A stretch of 64,000 bases of DNA, taken from an uncultured Chloroflexia bacterium. GTDB lineage: Bacteria; Chloroflexota; Limnocylindria; Limnocylindrales; CSP1-4. The first letter of the stretch is position 1, and each line of letters begins with the position of its first letter. Below are positions 1-11,141 of the stretch, one piece after another. Made by a program: the position numbers and the translations under genes. Location: contig CAVVJT010000007.1 in the NCBI GenBank assembly GCA_963748625.1, positions 800,001-864,000 on the forward strand. The letters run 5' to 3'. Under the pieces are notes generated by a model. That model was not told where the DNA came from and made no database searches. It was given only the letters and a program-made list of their open reading frames with translations.

Positions 1-1084
1 CGAATGACGTCGTCTGCCAGCTGTGGCCCACGGACGAGCCGCCGACATCGATCCCCTCGACGGTGACCTCGAACACACGGTCGCCACCGGCGAGTCCAAG
101 CGAGCCCACGTTGACCTCGAACACGATCGCCGGATCGCCGTAGCCCCCATTCCGCGAGACGACGGTCGCCGCGACGGCCGCGCCGTCCATCGTCACGCGC
201 ACCGTTGCGGCCTCGAACCCGGCGCCCTGGCGGCTGAGCGAGAACCGCGGGTAGATCTGGGTGTACGGCACGAACCCCTTGGGCGGCCACGAGATCCAGG
301 TGGGGGCGTCGGCGGGCCGGGCCCAGGTCGCGGTGTCGAGCACGTAGAGCGCGTCGGCCTGCGTGGTGGACCCGGTGCCGAGCACCGTCTGGGGCGGGTA
401 CAGGATCCAGCGCCGGTGGCCGACGGCCGTGTTGCCCGATCCGAAGTCGTACATGTAGGCGTCGATCGCGGATGGCCCGATGCAGCCGAGGCAGAGGTTG
501 GAGTGCGACGCGCCGTCGTAGCCGTCCTGCGTGTAGCAGTCCATCCCGGACGTCGGCCCATGCGTCAGCGTGTTGTTGGCGTCCATGATCAGCGCCGCGG
601 CCTGGTCGATGCTGTTGCGGGAGGAGGCCATCGACACGCCGGGCAGGCCGGTCATGCTGCGGAAGTAGTTGACCATGCCGGTGACGGCGGCGATGTAGCC
701 GGCGCTGACCGTCCCGCGCTTGCAGGTCGAGACGCTGCCCGTCCACCCCTGCGCGGCACCGCGATTTGCGAGGTACAGCTCGTTGTAGGCGGTCGTGACC
801 GCCGCGCGACTGGACGTGTCGATCGCGTCCGTCACGGCTTCGGTGGCCTGGACGCGGGTCGACCCTTGCGGACCGGAGGCGGCGTGGGGTGTGGCGTCGA
901 GGACGGGTGCTGCACCAAGCCGTCCGGTGGGGCGCTCGTCCCCTGCCGGCGACGGCGCAGGATCACCCGAGTCCGGCTCGGCCGCCCGGACAGCTGTGGA
1001 TCCCGCGGGCAGCGACCCGAACACCAGGGCCGCAACGAGCAGGACCCTCCAGCCAGACGAGCATCGCGACATCCACATGGTCAT
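1..1084 (-). CDS. Secreted CAP/SCP-domain protein, 3' end runs off the window
   Basis: My own translation (absent from the ORF track): signal-like N-terminus, then VNYFRSMTGLPGV...AALIMDANNTLTHGP...SNLCLG...GHRRWILYP, typical bacterial CAP motifs; GGAGGGG RBS upstream. Confidence 0.75.
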   Translation of the reverse strand, partial: MTMWMSRCSSGWRVLLVAALVFGSLPAGSTAVRAAEPDSGDPAPSPAGDERPTGRLGAAPVLDATPHAASGPQGSTRVQATEAVTDAIDTSSRAAVTTAYNELYLANRGAAQGWTGSVSTCKRGTVSAGYIAAVTGMVNYFRSMTGLPGVSMASSRNSIDQAAALIMDANNTLTHGPTSGMDCYTQDGYDGASHSNLCLGCIGPSAIDAYMYDFGSGNTAVGHRRWILYPPQTVLGTGSTTQADALYVLDTATWARPADAPTWISWPPKGFVPYTQIYPRFSLSRQGAGFEAATVRVTMDGAAVAATVVSRNGGYGDPAIVFEVNVGSLGLAGGDRVFEVTVEGIDVGGSSVGHSWQTTSF

Positions 1085-1317
1085 CCCCTCCCGGTCGATC
1101 GGTGGGTCCAGCCTGCGCCGCGTCATGGCCCCGGAGCATCGCCTGGTGGTACCCGGGCGCGTGGCCGGTGGTACCGCCCGGCGGCATCGCCAGAGCTCGG
1201 CGCAAGGTGGCCGCTGGATGGCCGACGCGCGCGTGGCCTGTCAGTTCCGCCTTCGGGACCGATGCCTCTCGCCAGGCAAGCAGCTCAAGGTCAGCATCCT
1301 TGGCAAGCCACGGAGGA

Positions 1318-1881
1318 ATGCCGATGTCGCGCTACCTGCAATGGTCACGCAGGGAACACCCCTCCCCCACAAGGCTCGCGGTCGTCTTCATGCTCGGCCC
1401 CGTCTTCCTCGGCCTGCTCCCGGCCCTCGTCGCCGGGGCCGGCGCACGCCTTGACAGGACGCTTGGACGACAACCGATCCGGGCAGGCGCGGCCGCGCGG
1501 ATCATTGGAGGGCTGCTGGCAGTCGGCGGGTTCACGCTCGGCATCTGGTCGGTCCAGGCGCAGCTGGATCGGGGCCGTGGAACGCCGCTGCCGATGCTGC
1601 CGACCCAGGAGCTGCTGACCGACGGGCCATTCCGGTACTGTCGCAACCCGATGACGCTGGGCGCCATCCTGGCCTACCTGGGCATCGCGGTTGCCGCACG
1701 GACCACGGCCGGCGTCGCCTTCGTCCTCGCGTTCGGCGCCTGCCTGCTGGCCTACCTCAAGCGCCTCGAGGAACCGGAGCTTGCCGAGCGGTTCGGTGAC
1801 TCGTACCTGCGCTACAAGCGGGCCACGCCGTTCATCCTCCCCCGGCTCACCAGGATGCGAGCCAGCGCCTCCGTTCCCTGA
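1318..1881 (+). CDS. Isoprenylcysteine carboxyl methyltransferase/PEMT family membrane protein
   Basis: GRGTPLP...LLTDGPFRYCRNPM...EEPELAERFGDSYLRYKRATPF motif; GGAGG RBS. Confidence 0.85.
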   Translation: MPMSRYLQWSRREHPSPTRLAVVFMLGPVFLGLLPALVAGAGARLDRTLGRQPIRAGAAARIIGGLLAVGGFTLGIWSVQAQLDRGRGTPLPMLPTQELLTDGPFRYCRNPMTLGAILAYLGIAVAARTTAGVAFVLAFGACLLAYLKRLEEPELAERFGDSYLRYKRATPFILPRLTRMRASASVP

Positions 1882-2832
1882 TCACTCGAGCAGGTAGCGG
1901 TCCACCACGTTCAGAAGCGGCTCGTCGGCCGCGAATCGCCTGACCTGGGCACCCGCGAGCTCGAAGACCCGGCGCGTGGAGCCGGGGCCGTCGCCCGCGA
2001 CGTGCGGGCTGACCAGGACATTGGGCAGCGACCAGAGCTGATGGCCGTCCGGCAGCGGTTCGGGATCGGTCACGTCGAGCGCTGCGCGGAGTCGGCCGCT
2101 CTCGAGCTCCCTCACGAGGGCGGGCGTGTCCACCGTCCGGCCACGGCCCGCGTTGACGAGGAGCGCCCCGTCCGGGAGCAGCCCGAGGCGCCGGGCGTCG
2201 AAGCAGCTAGCCGTCTGCGGCGTCAACGGCAGCAGGTTCACGAGGATCGCCGCCCCGGCCAGGGTGGCATCGAGCTCGGCCATGCCCCGCGTGCCGTCCC
2301 GCGGCGTCCGCGTCACGCCGACGATGTCCACGCCAAATGGACGGAGCCGGTCGGCCACGGCCCCACCGATCGATCCGAACCCGACGATCACGACCCGCTT
2401 GCCGGCCACCTCGTCGCCCTCGAACTGGGTCCACGTTCCCTGGGCCTGTGCGTCGCGCGCCTGCAGGACGCCACGTTGCATCGCGAGGATGGCGCCGACC
2501 ACCCATTCCGCGAGGGGCACGTCGTAGACGCCGCGCGCATTGCAGACGGTGATCTCCGGTGGCACCCGGCCCTCGAGCCAGTCAACGCCCGCGGTCAGGG
2601 TCTGGATGACCTGCAGCCGTCCGGGCGTGCGAAGCGCCTCGAACAGCGGGTCCCGCATGCGCCCCATCGGGATGACGAGGTCCGCGAGAGCGAGGTCGGG
2701 CATCGGTCCGTCCTCGAGGGGCACCGGCACGAGGTCGATGCTCGCGGGGATGTCGCCCATGAACTCTCGCTCTGGGACGTCCGGCACATACACGACCAGC
2801 CGGTCGCCTTGGGTTTGCGGCGTGGCATTCAT
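1882..2832 (-). CDS. D-isomer-specific 2-hydroxyacid dehydrogenase
   Basis: VIVGFGSIG Rossmann motif, LVNAGRG, ALDVTDPEPLP, SPHVAG. Confidence 0.9.
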   Translation of the reverse strand: MNATPQTQGDRLVVYVPDVPEREFMGDIPASIDLVPVPLEDGPMPDLALADLVIPMGRMRDPLFEALRTPGRLQVIQTLTAGVDWLEGRVPPEITVCNARGVYDVPLAEWVVGAILAMQRGVLQARDAQAQGTWTQFEGDEVAGKRVVIVGFGSIGGAVADRLRPFGVDIVGVTRTPRDGTRGMAELDATLAGAAILVNLLPLTPQTASCFDARRLGLLPDGALLVNAGRGRTVDTPALVRELESGRLRAALDVTDPEPLPDGHQLWSLPNVLVSPHVAGDGPGSTRRVFELAGAQVRRFAADEPLLNVVDRYLLE

Positions 2833-2883
2833 GATCGCGAGTCTAGGGGTCCGGTTTCGTCATGTCCTGTGCCCAGCCGGCCA

Positions 2884-2925
2884 CGTCGGGGTGCAATCCG
2901 TCGGGGTGCACGCCGTCGGGGTGCA
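2884..2925. repeat. Intergenic tandem repeat CGTCGGGGTGCA x3 (15 bp period)
   Basis: Read directly from the sequence. Confidence 0.8.
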
Positions 2926-2998
2926 TCCCCCAAAATGGGCTGCGGCCCTCCCCGGGCGCGGAGGGGTATCCGCGGGGCATTGGCGGTCCGCGGCCCGG

Positions 2999-5067
2999 CT
3001 AGGGGGCGACCAGCCCGACGTCAACCCGATCGTGCTTCATGGGCAGATCGGCGTCCACCGGGTCGTCCAGCTCGCGGGCATAGCGGTGGCCGGCGTAGAC
3101 CGCGGCCGCGATGATGGCCGGGGCCTCGCAGTCGCCGATGCGAGCCAGCGTGAACGGGAGCGTCCCGGCAGCACCCTGCTCGGTGGCCAGCAGCGCCTGG
3201 TAGAGCGAGTCCTCGGGCACGCGCTGGCCCACGACCACCAGCGATGTCCGCGGGCAGCACCTGCTCGCGGCCGGAGTACTCGCACGCCAGGGTGGCCTCG
3301 CTGCCGTCGAAGGCCGTGATCCGGTGCGCGGTGACGATCTCCACCCCGAGCGTCACCAGGTGCGTGCGGATGCGCCAGCGCTCGGCCGTCATGCCGGCCC
3401 AGTAGGCCACGCTGTCGACGTGGCGTGACGAGCGTCACCGGCTGGCCTGACGCGATGATGCGCTCGGCGATCACGCTGCCCATGTAGTAGCCATCGCCGT
3501 CGAACAGCACCGTACGGCCCGTGGGCAGGCGCCCGTCCATGATGTCGTCGGGGGTCAGGACCTCGACGCCCGGCACGGCGACCGGGACGTACGTGTGGCC
3601 GTCGTGGACATCCGTCCGCCAGCGAGCGCCGGTGGCGATGGCGACGTGCTCGGCCCCGAAGGCGAGCACGTCATCGACCGTCACCTCGCTCTGGCGGTAG
3701 ACCTCGACGTTGGGCATCTTCGCCAGCTGCAGCTCGCGGTGGTCGCGCACGCGGATGTACTCGCTCATGCCCGGCAGCGCGGCCTCACGTGTCACGCGCC
3801 CGCCAAGCGTGCGGCTGGCCTCCGCCAGCGTCACCGCGTACCCGCGCGCCCCCAGCGCTCGGGCGGCCTCGAGCCCAGCCGGCCCCGCGCCCACCACGAG
3901 GACGCGGCTGTCCGAGCCCTTGCGCGCGATCCGCTCCGGGTGCCACTCCTTGCGCCACTCCTCGCCCATCGTCGGGTTCTGGGTGCAGCGGAGCGGCACG
4001 GCCAGGCTGTCGCCGGAGTAGCAGACGTTGCAGCCGATGCACTCGCGGATGTCGTCGAACCGGCCTTCCTCGATCTTCCGCGGCAGGAAGGGATCCGCGA
4101 TTGAGGGGCGGGCCGCCCCGATGAAGTCCGTGATCCCACGACGCACCTGGCTGACCATCGTGTCCGGCGACGTGAAGCGCCCCACCGTCACCACGGGCTT
4201 CGTGGTCACCGACTTCACCCAGGACATGTACGGCTCGAGGGCCGCCTCCTTCACGAAGCGCGACACGCCCATCTCGTACGAGTAGTCGGCGATGTTGATG
4301 TCCCACAGGTCGGGCATCTCGGCCATCAGGGCCAGCATCTCGCGGCGCTCACCCCAGACCGGGACGCCGTCCTCGCCGATCGTCTCATCGGCCGAGAAGC
4401 GCACGGCCACGGCACATCGATCGCCGACGGCCTCCTTGGTCTCCTCGATCAGTTCGCGGACCAGCCGCGTCCGGTTCTCCAGCGACCCGCCGTACTCGTC
4501 GGTGCGCGTGTTCGTGCGCGGGTCCAGGAAGTTCGCCAGGAGGTAGTCGTGCGTGGCATAGACGTAGACGATGTCGAAGCCGGCCTCGCGGGCGCGCAGG
4601 GCCGCATTCCGATGCCAGCGCCGCAGGTCGCGGATGTCCCGCCTGTCCATGGCGCGGGTCTGGAACGGGTGGCCGACCCCGTTGGGGTAGCCCGCGACAT
4701 CCATCGGGGTCAGGCGGGTGCTGAGATTGGCCGTGCGCACGCCGCCGAACCACAGCTCCGCCCCGGCGAGCGCGCCGTGCTCGTGCACGAGGTCCGTCAT
4801 CAGGGCGTGCGCGCGAACGTCGCCGGCGTCCCACAGCGACGCCGAGACGTAGTGCAGGTCGTCCGACGCCGGGTGGATCGAGGTGTACTCCGTGCAGACC
4901 ACGCCCCAGCCGCCCTCGGCCTTCACGCCGCGCATGGCCGCCAGCGTGCGAGGACGCTGCCAGCCCATGCCGGTGCAGTGGGGCACCTGGTAGAACCGGT
5001 TCGGGGCCGTGACCGGCCCGATCGTCACGGGCTCGAACAGGATGTCGTAGCGCGGATCGCGGGGCAT
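2999..5067 (-). CDS. Trimethylamine/dimethylamine/histamine dehydrogenase family Fe-S flavoprotein (frameshifts near 3420 and 3240)
   Basis: MPRDPRYDILFEP...NRFYQVPHC (cysteinyl-FMN Cys), CIGCNVC...CTQN 4Fe-4S motif, VVGAGPAG; C-terminus continues in ORFs 3021..3410 and 2999..3238 (IGDCEAP..IAAAVYAGH). Confidence 0.85.
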
Positions 5068-5324
5068 CGTCGGTCTCCCGGCACGGAAGGGGCAGGCCCG
5101 ATCGTGACGTGCGGACCGCGGGATCGCAAGGCAGCGGCCCGCAGGCGGCAACGAGCGCCGCGGCGACGGGTGGGAATCCGCCTGGCCTACGCCGGTGCGG
5201 GTCAACGGCGATCGAACCGCCATACGCCCGCCACGTGGGGACTATGCGAGGCCGGGAGCCCGACACTCCCGCCAGGGTCCATCAGGTGGGAGCAAGAGCA
5301 AGTCTGATCCCCGACGCCCGCGAC

Positions 5325-6050
5325 ATGTTCCGACCGGATCCCCAAGGTGGAGCTGCACTGTCATGTCGAGGGGACGGTGCGGTGCCACGACCGTCGTCGA
5401 CCTGGCCCGCAAGGCCGGACGGACCCTGCCGGTCGACGAACCGGCCCAGCTGTATCGCTATGACTCGCTCGACTCCTTCCTCGACATCTTCTGCTCCGGA
5501 CCCGCGACGATTGGGCAAGGGTGGCGTACGAGTCGCTCGTGGACGCATCGGCCCACGGGCTGCGGTACCGCGAGATGTTCTTCACCCCGGCCCGCCACCT
5601 TGCCGACGGCCAGGACCTTGCGGAGATCATCGCGGGACTCACGGAGGGCATCGAGGCCGCCGAGGCCGAGACCGGCGTCCGCTGCCTCCTGATCGCGGTG
5701 GACAAGGCCTACGGGCCCGCCGCCGCCATGGAGCTCGTCGAGGCGCTGCTGGCGCTGCGTCGCGCAGGTCGGGCCGAGCGCGTGATCGGCGTCGGCGCGG
5801 ACTCCACCGAGCTGGGCGTGGACATGCGGCCATTCGCCCCGGCGTTCCACGCGGCAGCAGCGGCGGGGGTCATCGCGAACCGCTATCGCTCCCTGGCCGA
5901 GCACCCGCTGCCGGCGATGCTCGACGCCGGGCTGCTCATCACGATCAACACCGACGACCCCGCGATGCAGGACCTCGACCTCGGCCTCGAGTACCGCCGC
6001 GTCGCCGATGCCCACGGTCTGACTACTGGTGACATGGCCTGGCCGACGGG
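5325..6050 (+). pseudogene. add: Adenosine deaminase remnant (frameshifts plus internal deletion)
   Basis: PKVELHCHVEG, YREMFFTP and ITINTDDP are present; the central HAGE/HG segment is missing between AAAAAG and VIANRY. Confidence 0.7.
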
Positions 6051-6057
6051 TGCGGGG

Positions 6058-6816
6058 TCACTCGCAGGTTCGGGGTTCGGCCACGATCGTGACCGTCACC
6101 TCGTCGGCCGGAACTGGACCGCTGAATGTCAGGACGAGCACCCGATTGAAGGGGACCAGGTCGCCACAGCCCGGCAGCACCTCGAGGGTCATCGTCCGGC
6201 CGTCGGGGGCGATCGTGAGGCGGCGATCGGTGTCGCTGAGCAGCCCGTACCAGGTCAGCACGATGGTCGCAGGATCGGCAGGGTCGTTCGAGACCTGCGG
6301 GGACGGGTCGGACGGATCCTCGGCCGGCTGGCCGCTTCGTGCGTCGACCAGGGTGCCGGACGCATCGACAACCTCGATCGTCGACAGGGCGCGGCCCCCG
6401 AACCCGACCAGGTCGACGCTCATGCTGACCGGAGATGGGCTCGTGGCGGACGGCGAGGCCTGCGGAGTCCCGGTCGGCGAGGCCTGCGGAGTCCCGGTAG
6501 GGACCGTGGTCGGCGACGGGGCCTGGACCGGCGGCACGACGACCGGCCGCTGGTCGAACAGGCCGCCAGCGGATGCCAGGGCCAGCGTCGCGATGAGCAG
6601 CAGCCCGAGCGCGACGATGACCGGCAGCGCGCGCATCCCGAACCCGAGCCCGCCCGGCGACCCCATCGGATCGCGCCGCAGGGCTGCAAGGGGGTCGCGT
6701 CGCCGGGGGTGCGCGTGGGCGTGCAGGAGCGCGGCGGCGATGGACGTTTCCGGTGCGCCGGTCGGCCCATCCCCCATCCAGTCGGAGATTCGACGATCGA
6801 GGTCGTTGGCGTTCAT
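6058..6816 (-). CDS. Membrane-anchored protein coupled to the ECF sigma factor (putative anti-sigma)
   Basis: Start overlaps the sigma stop (ATGA); short N-domain, one TM helix, P/T/S linker. Confidence 0.65.
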   Translation of the reverse strand: MNANDLDRRISDWMGDGPTGAPETSIAAALLHAHAHPRRRDPLAALRRDPMGSPGGLGFGMRALPVIVALGLLLIATLALASAGGLFDQRPVVVPPVQAPSPTTVPTGTPQASPTGTPQASPSATSPSPVSMSVDLVGFGGRALSTIEVVDASGTLVDARSGQPAEDPSDPSPQVSNDPADPATIVLTWYGLLSDTDRRLTIAPDGRTMTLEVLPGCGDLVPFNRVLVLTFSGPVPADEVTVTIVAEPRTCE

Positions 6817-7385
6817 GCCGTCCGCTCCTTGAGGCTCCCGGTTCGATCGTCGGCCTCGAGGGCGGCTCGAAGCGCACGGGACGCGTTGTGGACTCGGGAG
6901 CCGGCCGTGCCGATCGGGATGCCGAGGACGTCGCCGATTTCCGCGAGCGACAAGCCGGCGTAGTACTCGAGAACGAGGACGGCCCGCTGGTCCGGCGTGA
7001 GCCGCCGGAACCCGCGCTCCAGCTGGTCGCGGTCGGCAACCCGGTCGAAGTCGTCGGACCCCTGCGGGGCGACGGTGTCGGCATCGTTGGGGAGGAGGTG
7101 GACGACCGGCTCGCCACGGCGTTCGTGGCGCGCCTGAGCGACGGTCGCACGGACGATCAACCGGTAGCTCCACGCCTCGAACCTGTCCGGATCGCGGAGC
7201 TTGGGGAGCTCGTTCCAGATCGTGGCCAGCGTCTGCTGGAGGGCGTCCTCGGCGTGGCCGTGGTCACGCAGGACGCGGTAGGCGATCGCAAACAGCCGGC
7301 CGGCCGACAGCCGGACCAGGGCCTCGAACGCCTCTTGATCGCCGTCGGCGGCTCGCTTCACGAGATCCCGCTGCAGGTTCGCCAT
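6813..7385 (-). CDS. ECF (sigma-70 family) RNA polymerase sigma factor
   Basis: AEDALQQT...FEAWSYR region 2; LTPDQRAVLVLEYYAGLSLAEIGDVLGIPIGTAGSR region 4. Confidence 0.9.
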   Translation of the reverse strand: MANLQRDLVKRAADGDQEAFEALVRLSAGRLFAIAYRVLRDHGHAEDALQQTLATIWNELPKLRDPDRFEAWSYRLIVRATVAQARHERRGEPVVHLLPNDADTVAPQGSDDFDRVADRDQLERGFRRLTPDQRAVLVLEYYAGLSLAEIGDVLGIPIGTAGSRVHNASRALRAALEADDRTGSLKERTA

Positions 7386-7520
7386 CGCAACCAGTCCTGA
7401 GGTTCGGCCCTGTCTGGGCCTCTCAGGAAGTATGGGGAGCCGCCGCAGCGATCTCTTCACTCTTCGCGACGCGCGGGGAGCCTCCGAAGTCCTGGGCCCG
7501 GCGACAGACCCTCGCCCCTG

Positions 7521-7742
7521 TCAGGAGCCTGTCGGCCCGTGCCCGCGCGGCGTCATCTTTGACCACGCGCCCCAGATGATCCCGATCCCGAGGGCGACCA
7601 CCGCCAGCGGCCAGATCTTGTCCCAGTCCAGCTCTGCCAGCTGGAGGCCGAACGTGTTCACCAGCAGGTAGTAGATCCCCACCCCGAGGATCAGCAGCCC
7701 GATGAGGATCGCCCCCAGGTCGATGCGACGCAGCCTGTCCAC
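7521..7742 (-). CDS. Small two-TM membrane protein (LiaI/LiaF-like)
   Basis: GAILIGLLILGVGIYYLL...WPLAVVALGIGII; GGGAGAGGG RBS before GTG. Confidence 0.65.
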   Translation of the reverse strand: MDRLRRIDLGAILIGLLILGVGIYYLLVNTFGLQLAELDWDKIWPLAVVALGIGIIWGAWSKMTPRGHGPTGS

Positions 7743-7894
7743 TGTCCCTCTCCCGAGGCCGGGACGCACGGCCCTGCAGCATGACGCGGGGGCGCCCGAT
7801 AGCCTCGCCCCCTCAGGGCGTCGTGGGGCCGCCCACCAGCGTGAGCGCCGCGAGCGTGCCGGCTGGGGCCCGGCCACCACGCTGCGAGGCGAGC

Positions 7895-8410
7895 GAGACC
7901 GTCGGCGACGTCGTGCAGATGCGCAACGCCGAGTGGACGTATCGGACCGAGAGCAGCTCCGACCCGCGCCTCGCCGGCACGCAGGAGGTCGTCATCAACG
8001 TCGACCAGCGGCAGAGCGACATGAGCGCCCAGGTCTGGGGCACGAGCGTCCTCTCCAACCAGGACGGGAGCTGGGTGGGCGACTGGACGGGTGGCATCGC
8101 CTCTGGAGGCAATGTGCACCACGTCCACCAGACGGCGGAGGGGACAGGCGGGTACGCCGGGCTCGTCGCCCACTTCAGCGGATGGTTCGTGGAGGCCGGC
8201 GAGGGGTTCACGCCCGACATCCAGATCGTCAACGCCGGGTGGATCAGTCGGCCGACGGCAGCGCGGTGCCGCCTGCACCCGGCCCGGGGACGACACCGGC
8301 CAACTGGACGCCGGTCGTCGGCATCGCGACGACGAAGGACACCGCATACGACGGCACCGGCTCCTGGCTCTGGGATGTCCAGCAGTCGGACCCGCGCCTC
8401 AGCGGCGGGA
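7895..8410 (+). pseudogene. Headless fragment of a secreted beta-rich protein (SDPRL.G repeat)
   Basis: Coding-like SSDPRLAGT...GSWVGDWTG...EGTGGYAGL, frameshifted into QQSDPRLSG; no start or signal peptide visible. Confidence 0.4.
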
Positions 8411-8551
8411 TGGAAAGTAGCGGAGAGAGGACAGACCCAGGTGCACGCCGGACCGCGGAACGAAAAAGAGACGGAGGAGAAAGGACGGGTGACCGAGCCA
8501 GTTCAGCGAGATGCGGCGATTGTCCAGTCGGGCTACGACGCCGACGCGCGA

Positions 8552-9265
8552 TCACGCACGCCCCGCCCACCACCGTGAGCACCGCGAGCGTGCCGGCTGG
8601 GGCCCGGCCACCACCCTGCGAGGCGAGCGTGACCGGGTCGTCGGTGACCACCACGTACTTGCCGGGCAGGAGATCCCACTGCGAGACGTCGCCGAGCCCG
8701 CCGGTGGTGAACGTCAGGTAGGTGTCGCCCCGAGCGATGGCGTCGACCTCGGCGTCGGTGAGCGGACCGGGCTCCTGGCCACCGTGGGCGTCGATCTCCT
8801 CCTGGGTGGCATAGGCCCGCCCGATGAATGAGACGTCCGCGGCGGACGCGTCGATCAGCAGGTAGACCGGCCCCGAGCTCACCGTGGACGGGTCCAGTAT
8901 GAGCGCGCCGCCCGCCATCGAGACGTGCACCCGGGGAGTGGCGGCCGGGATCAGCGTCTCCGGCGGGAGGACGGGCAGCGCGAGCGCGCCGACCGAGCCG
9001 ACACGGTGACACCAGCCAGGGCGACCGCCACCAGGGCGAGCCGCCCGGCACGCCTGCGCCGGCGGACGATGGCCCACGCCACCCCGAGCAGCAGGAGGGC
9101 CAGCAGGGCCAGGGGAATGACCACGACCGCGATGTAGAGCTTCGCATCGCCGGCCATGTGGTGGCGCCGTCGACTGAGCGCCAGGACAAGGATGGTGGCG
9201 ATGGTCCAGAGTGCGGCGGCCAGGACGACGACGCCGATCGCCGCGATCACGAACGGCCACGACAC
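8552..9265 (-). CDS. Hypothetical membrane protein, three TM plus extracytoplasmic domain (frameshift near 9000; ends uncertain)
   Basis: Hydrophobic part of ORF 8951..9364 joins the coding-like part of ORF 8244..9800. Confidence 0.45.
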
Positions 9266-9500
9266 CTGGAACCTTCGAGACGCCCGTCGAGCCAGTTGAA
9301 TCGGCTGGGTCCTGCATCGCGCCTCCTCGATGGTGAGGCTGGCGCTCGGTCGGCCGTCCGGCAAGAGCCGGACGTGCTGAACATGTTGCGATTTCCCCGG
9401 GCCCGCGGCCTACCACCGCTCGGCGCTGTAGGCTCTCGCGGATCGCTGGTCGTCGGGCGCGCCGGCGACATCGTCTCGCACCGCACCCTGGGAGTCGCGC

Positions 9501-9863
9501 ATGAAGGTCGGCTACGTCGTGCTCTACGTGAACGACGCGGAGGCCTGCCGCAGATTCTGGGTCGAGCAAGTCGGCATGGTCGAGAAGCGGCGCACCGAGG
9601 CGGGCGCCTTCACGATCGTGCAGGTCGGGTTCGCCGACCAGACGTTCGCGTTCGAGCTGGTGCCGCTCGAGCTGATGAAGGACAACCCCGACGGACTCGA
9701 CCTTGCGACGCCGTCGATCGCCTTCCACGTCGACGACCTCGAGGCTGCGCGCGCAACCCTTGTCGGACGCGGGGTGCAGGCGACCGAGGTGGGCGAGCAC
9801 CAGGGGATGCGGAACTTCGCGTTCCCGGACCCGGAGGGCCGCTGGTTCGCGGTGACGCTGTGA
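9501..9863 (+). CDS. VOC/glyoxalase family protein
   Basis: VVLYVND...FW...G; IAFHVDDL; FAFPDPEG. Confidence 0.85.
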   Translation: MKVGYVVLYVNDAEACRRFWVEQVGMVEKRRTEAGAFTIVQVGFADQTFAFELVPLELMKDNPDGLDLATPSIAFHVDDLEAARATLVGRGVQATEVGEHQGMRNFAFPDPEGRWFAVTL

Positions 9864-10229
9864 TGAACGCCGGGACCGGATCGACCGGCCACCGGATCTT
9901 CACCATGACCCTGGCCTCGGTCTACCCGCTGTACCTCGCGAAGGTCGAGAGGAAAGGCAGGACCAAGGACGAGCTCGACGCGGTGATCCGCTGGCTCACC
10001 GGGTACGACCAGGCCGAGATGGACCAGCACGTCGCTGCCGGCACGACCTTCGAGGGCTTCTTCGCCGGGGCGCGGCTCAATCCCAATGTGGGTCTGATCA
10101 CGGGCTCCGTCTGCGGGGTGCGCGTCGAGGCGATCGAGGACCCGCTCGATGCAGCAGATCCGGTGGCTCGACAAGCTGGTCGACGAGCTCGCGAAGGGTC
10201 GAGCGCTGGAGAAGGTGCTGCGCAGCTGA
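9863..10229 (+). CDS. DUF2200 family protein (frameshift near 10147)
   Basis: [20 protein letters not shown]...WLTGY...[17 protein letters not shown] / [17 protein letters not shown]. Confidence 0.8.
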
Positions 10230-10274
10230 CGTCGCCTGCGGTGGGTGCCCGGGCAACGTCGGCCGGCCTGGACG

Positions 10275-11141
10275 CTACGGCGCGCTGATCACCGCGAGCT
10301 CGACAGCCTCGCACTGCTCGTAGCCTGCGGGCCGCAGGCCAACCGGCAATCTGTCGACCTCCACGACGCCGCCGGACGCCGCGATCCGCTGCCCGAACGC
10401 CACGTCCCCGATCCCGGCCAGCTGGACGCCATCCTCGGTGACCACTGAGCCGGGCGGCGCGACCAGCGGGAACTCAGCCACGGTCACGCAGCCCTGCGGC
10501 GAGATCCCCAAGCACCCCGGAGACGTTGGCCTCCATGGATGCGCCGCCGGCGGCACGCGAGACCAAGAGGGTCGCGGGCGGCGACCCTTGCGAGGACCCG
10601 GGCGGCGAGGCGGCGACCGGCGTCGGGTCCGGAGGCGGGTCGGAGGGCCCGGAGGCGTCGGGCCCGGAGGCGTCGGGCTGTCGATGGCGGCGCCCGGGTC
10701 GATCCCGGGGGCCGACCCGAGGCCGAGTGTCGCCCGGGTCCCGTCCCAGCTGACGGGAACCCTGACTGCGTCGGGGCCATCGGGGGTCATCGCCGTGATC
10801 ACCACGTCGATTGCCTGGCCGCCCCATTCATCCGGCCCCCACGCGACGCGGACGTCCCGCCAGGGGCGACCGCCGTGGGCGGCGAGGAGCGCCGCGATGT
10901 CGTCCGTCGGATCCACCACAGGGTCCGTCATGGCGGCGATCGCCTGGGCATCGTTCCGCTGCACCGCCCCAATGAACGACGCGACCAGGGCCTCTCGCTC
11001 GGCCTGGCCCCGAGGAGCCGGCGATGCGCCGGGGAGCATCGAGCAGCCCGCGACCGCCACGACGAGCGCGGCCAACGCGAGGAGCGCAGCCAAGGAGGAG
11101 CGCGACGAGCCGCGTTGGCCCCGGCCCGACCTCATGCTCAT
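10275..11141 (-). CDS. Hypothetical lipoprotein (possible internal frameshifts)
   Basis: Lipobox-like VAVAGC after a hydrophobic stretch; start overlaps the upstream stop. Confidence 0.55.
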   Translation of the reverse strand: MSMRSGRGQRGSSRSSLAALLALAALVVAVAGCSMLPGASPAPRGQAEREALVASFIGAVQRNDAQAIAAMTDPVVDPTDDIAALLAAHGGRPWRDVRVAWGPDEWGGQAIDVVITAMTPDGPDAVRVPVSWDGTRATLGLGSAPGIDPGAAIDSPTPPGPTPPGPPTRLRTRRRSPPRRPGPRKGRRPRPSWSRVPPAAHPWRPTSPGCLGISPQGCVTVAEFPLVAPPGSVVTEDGVQLAGIGDVAFGQRIAASGGVVEVDRLPVGLRPAGYEQCEAVELAVISAP

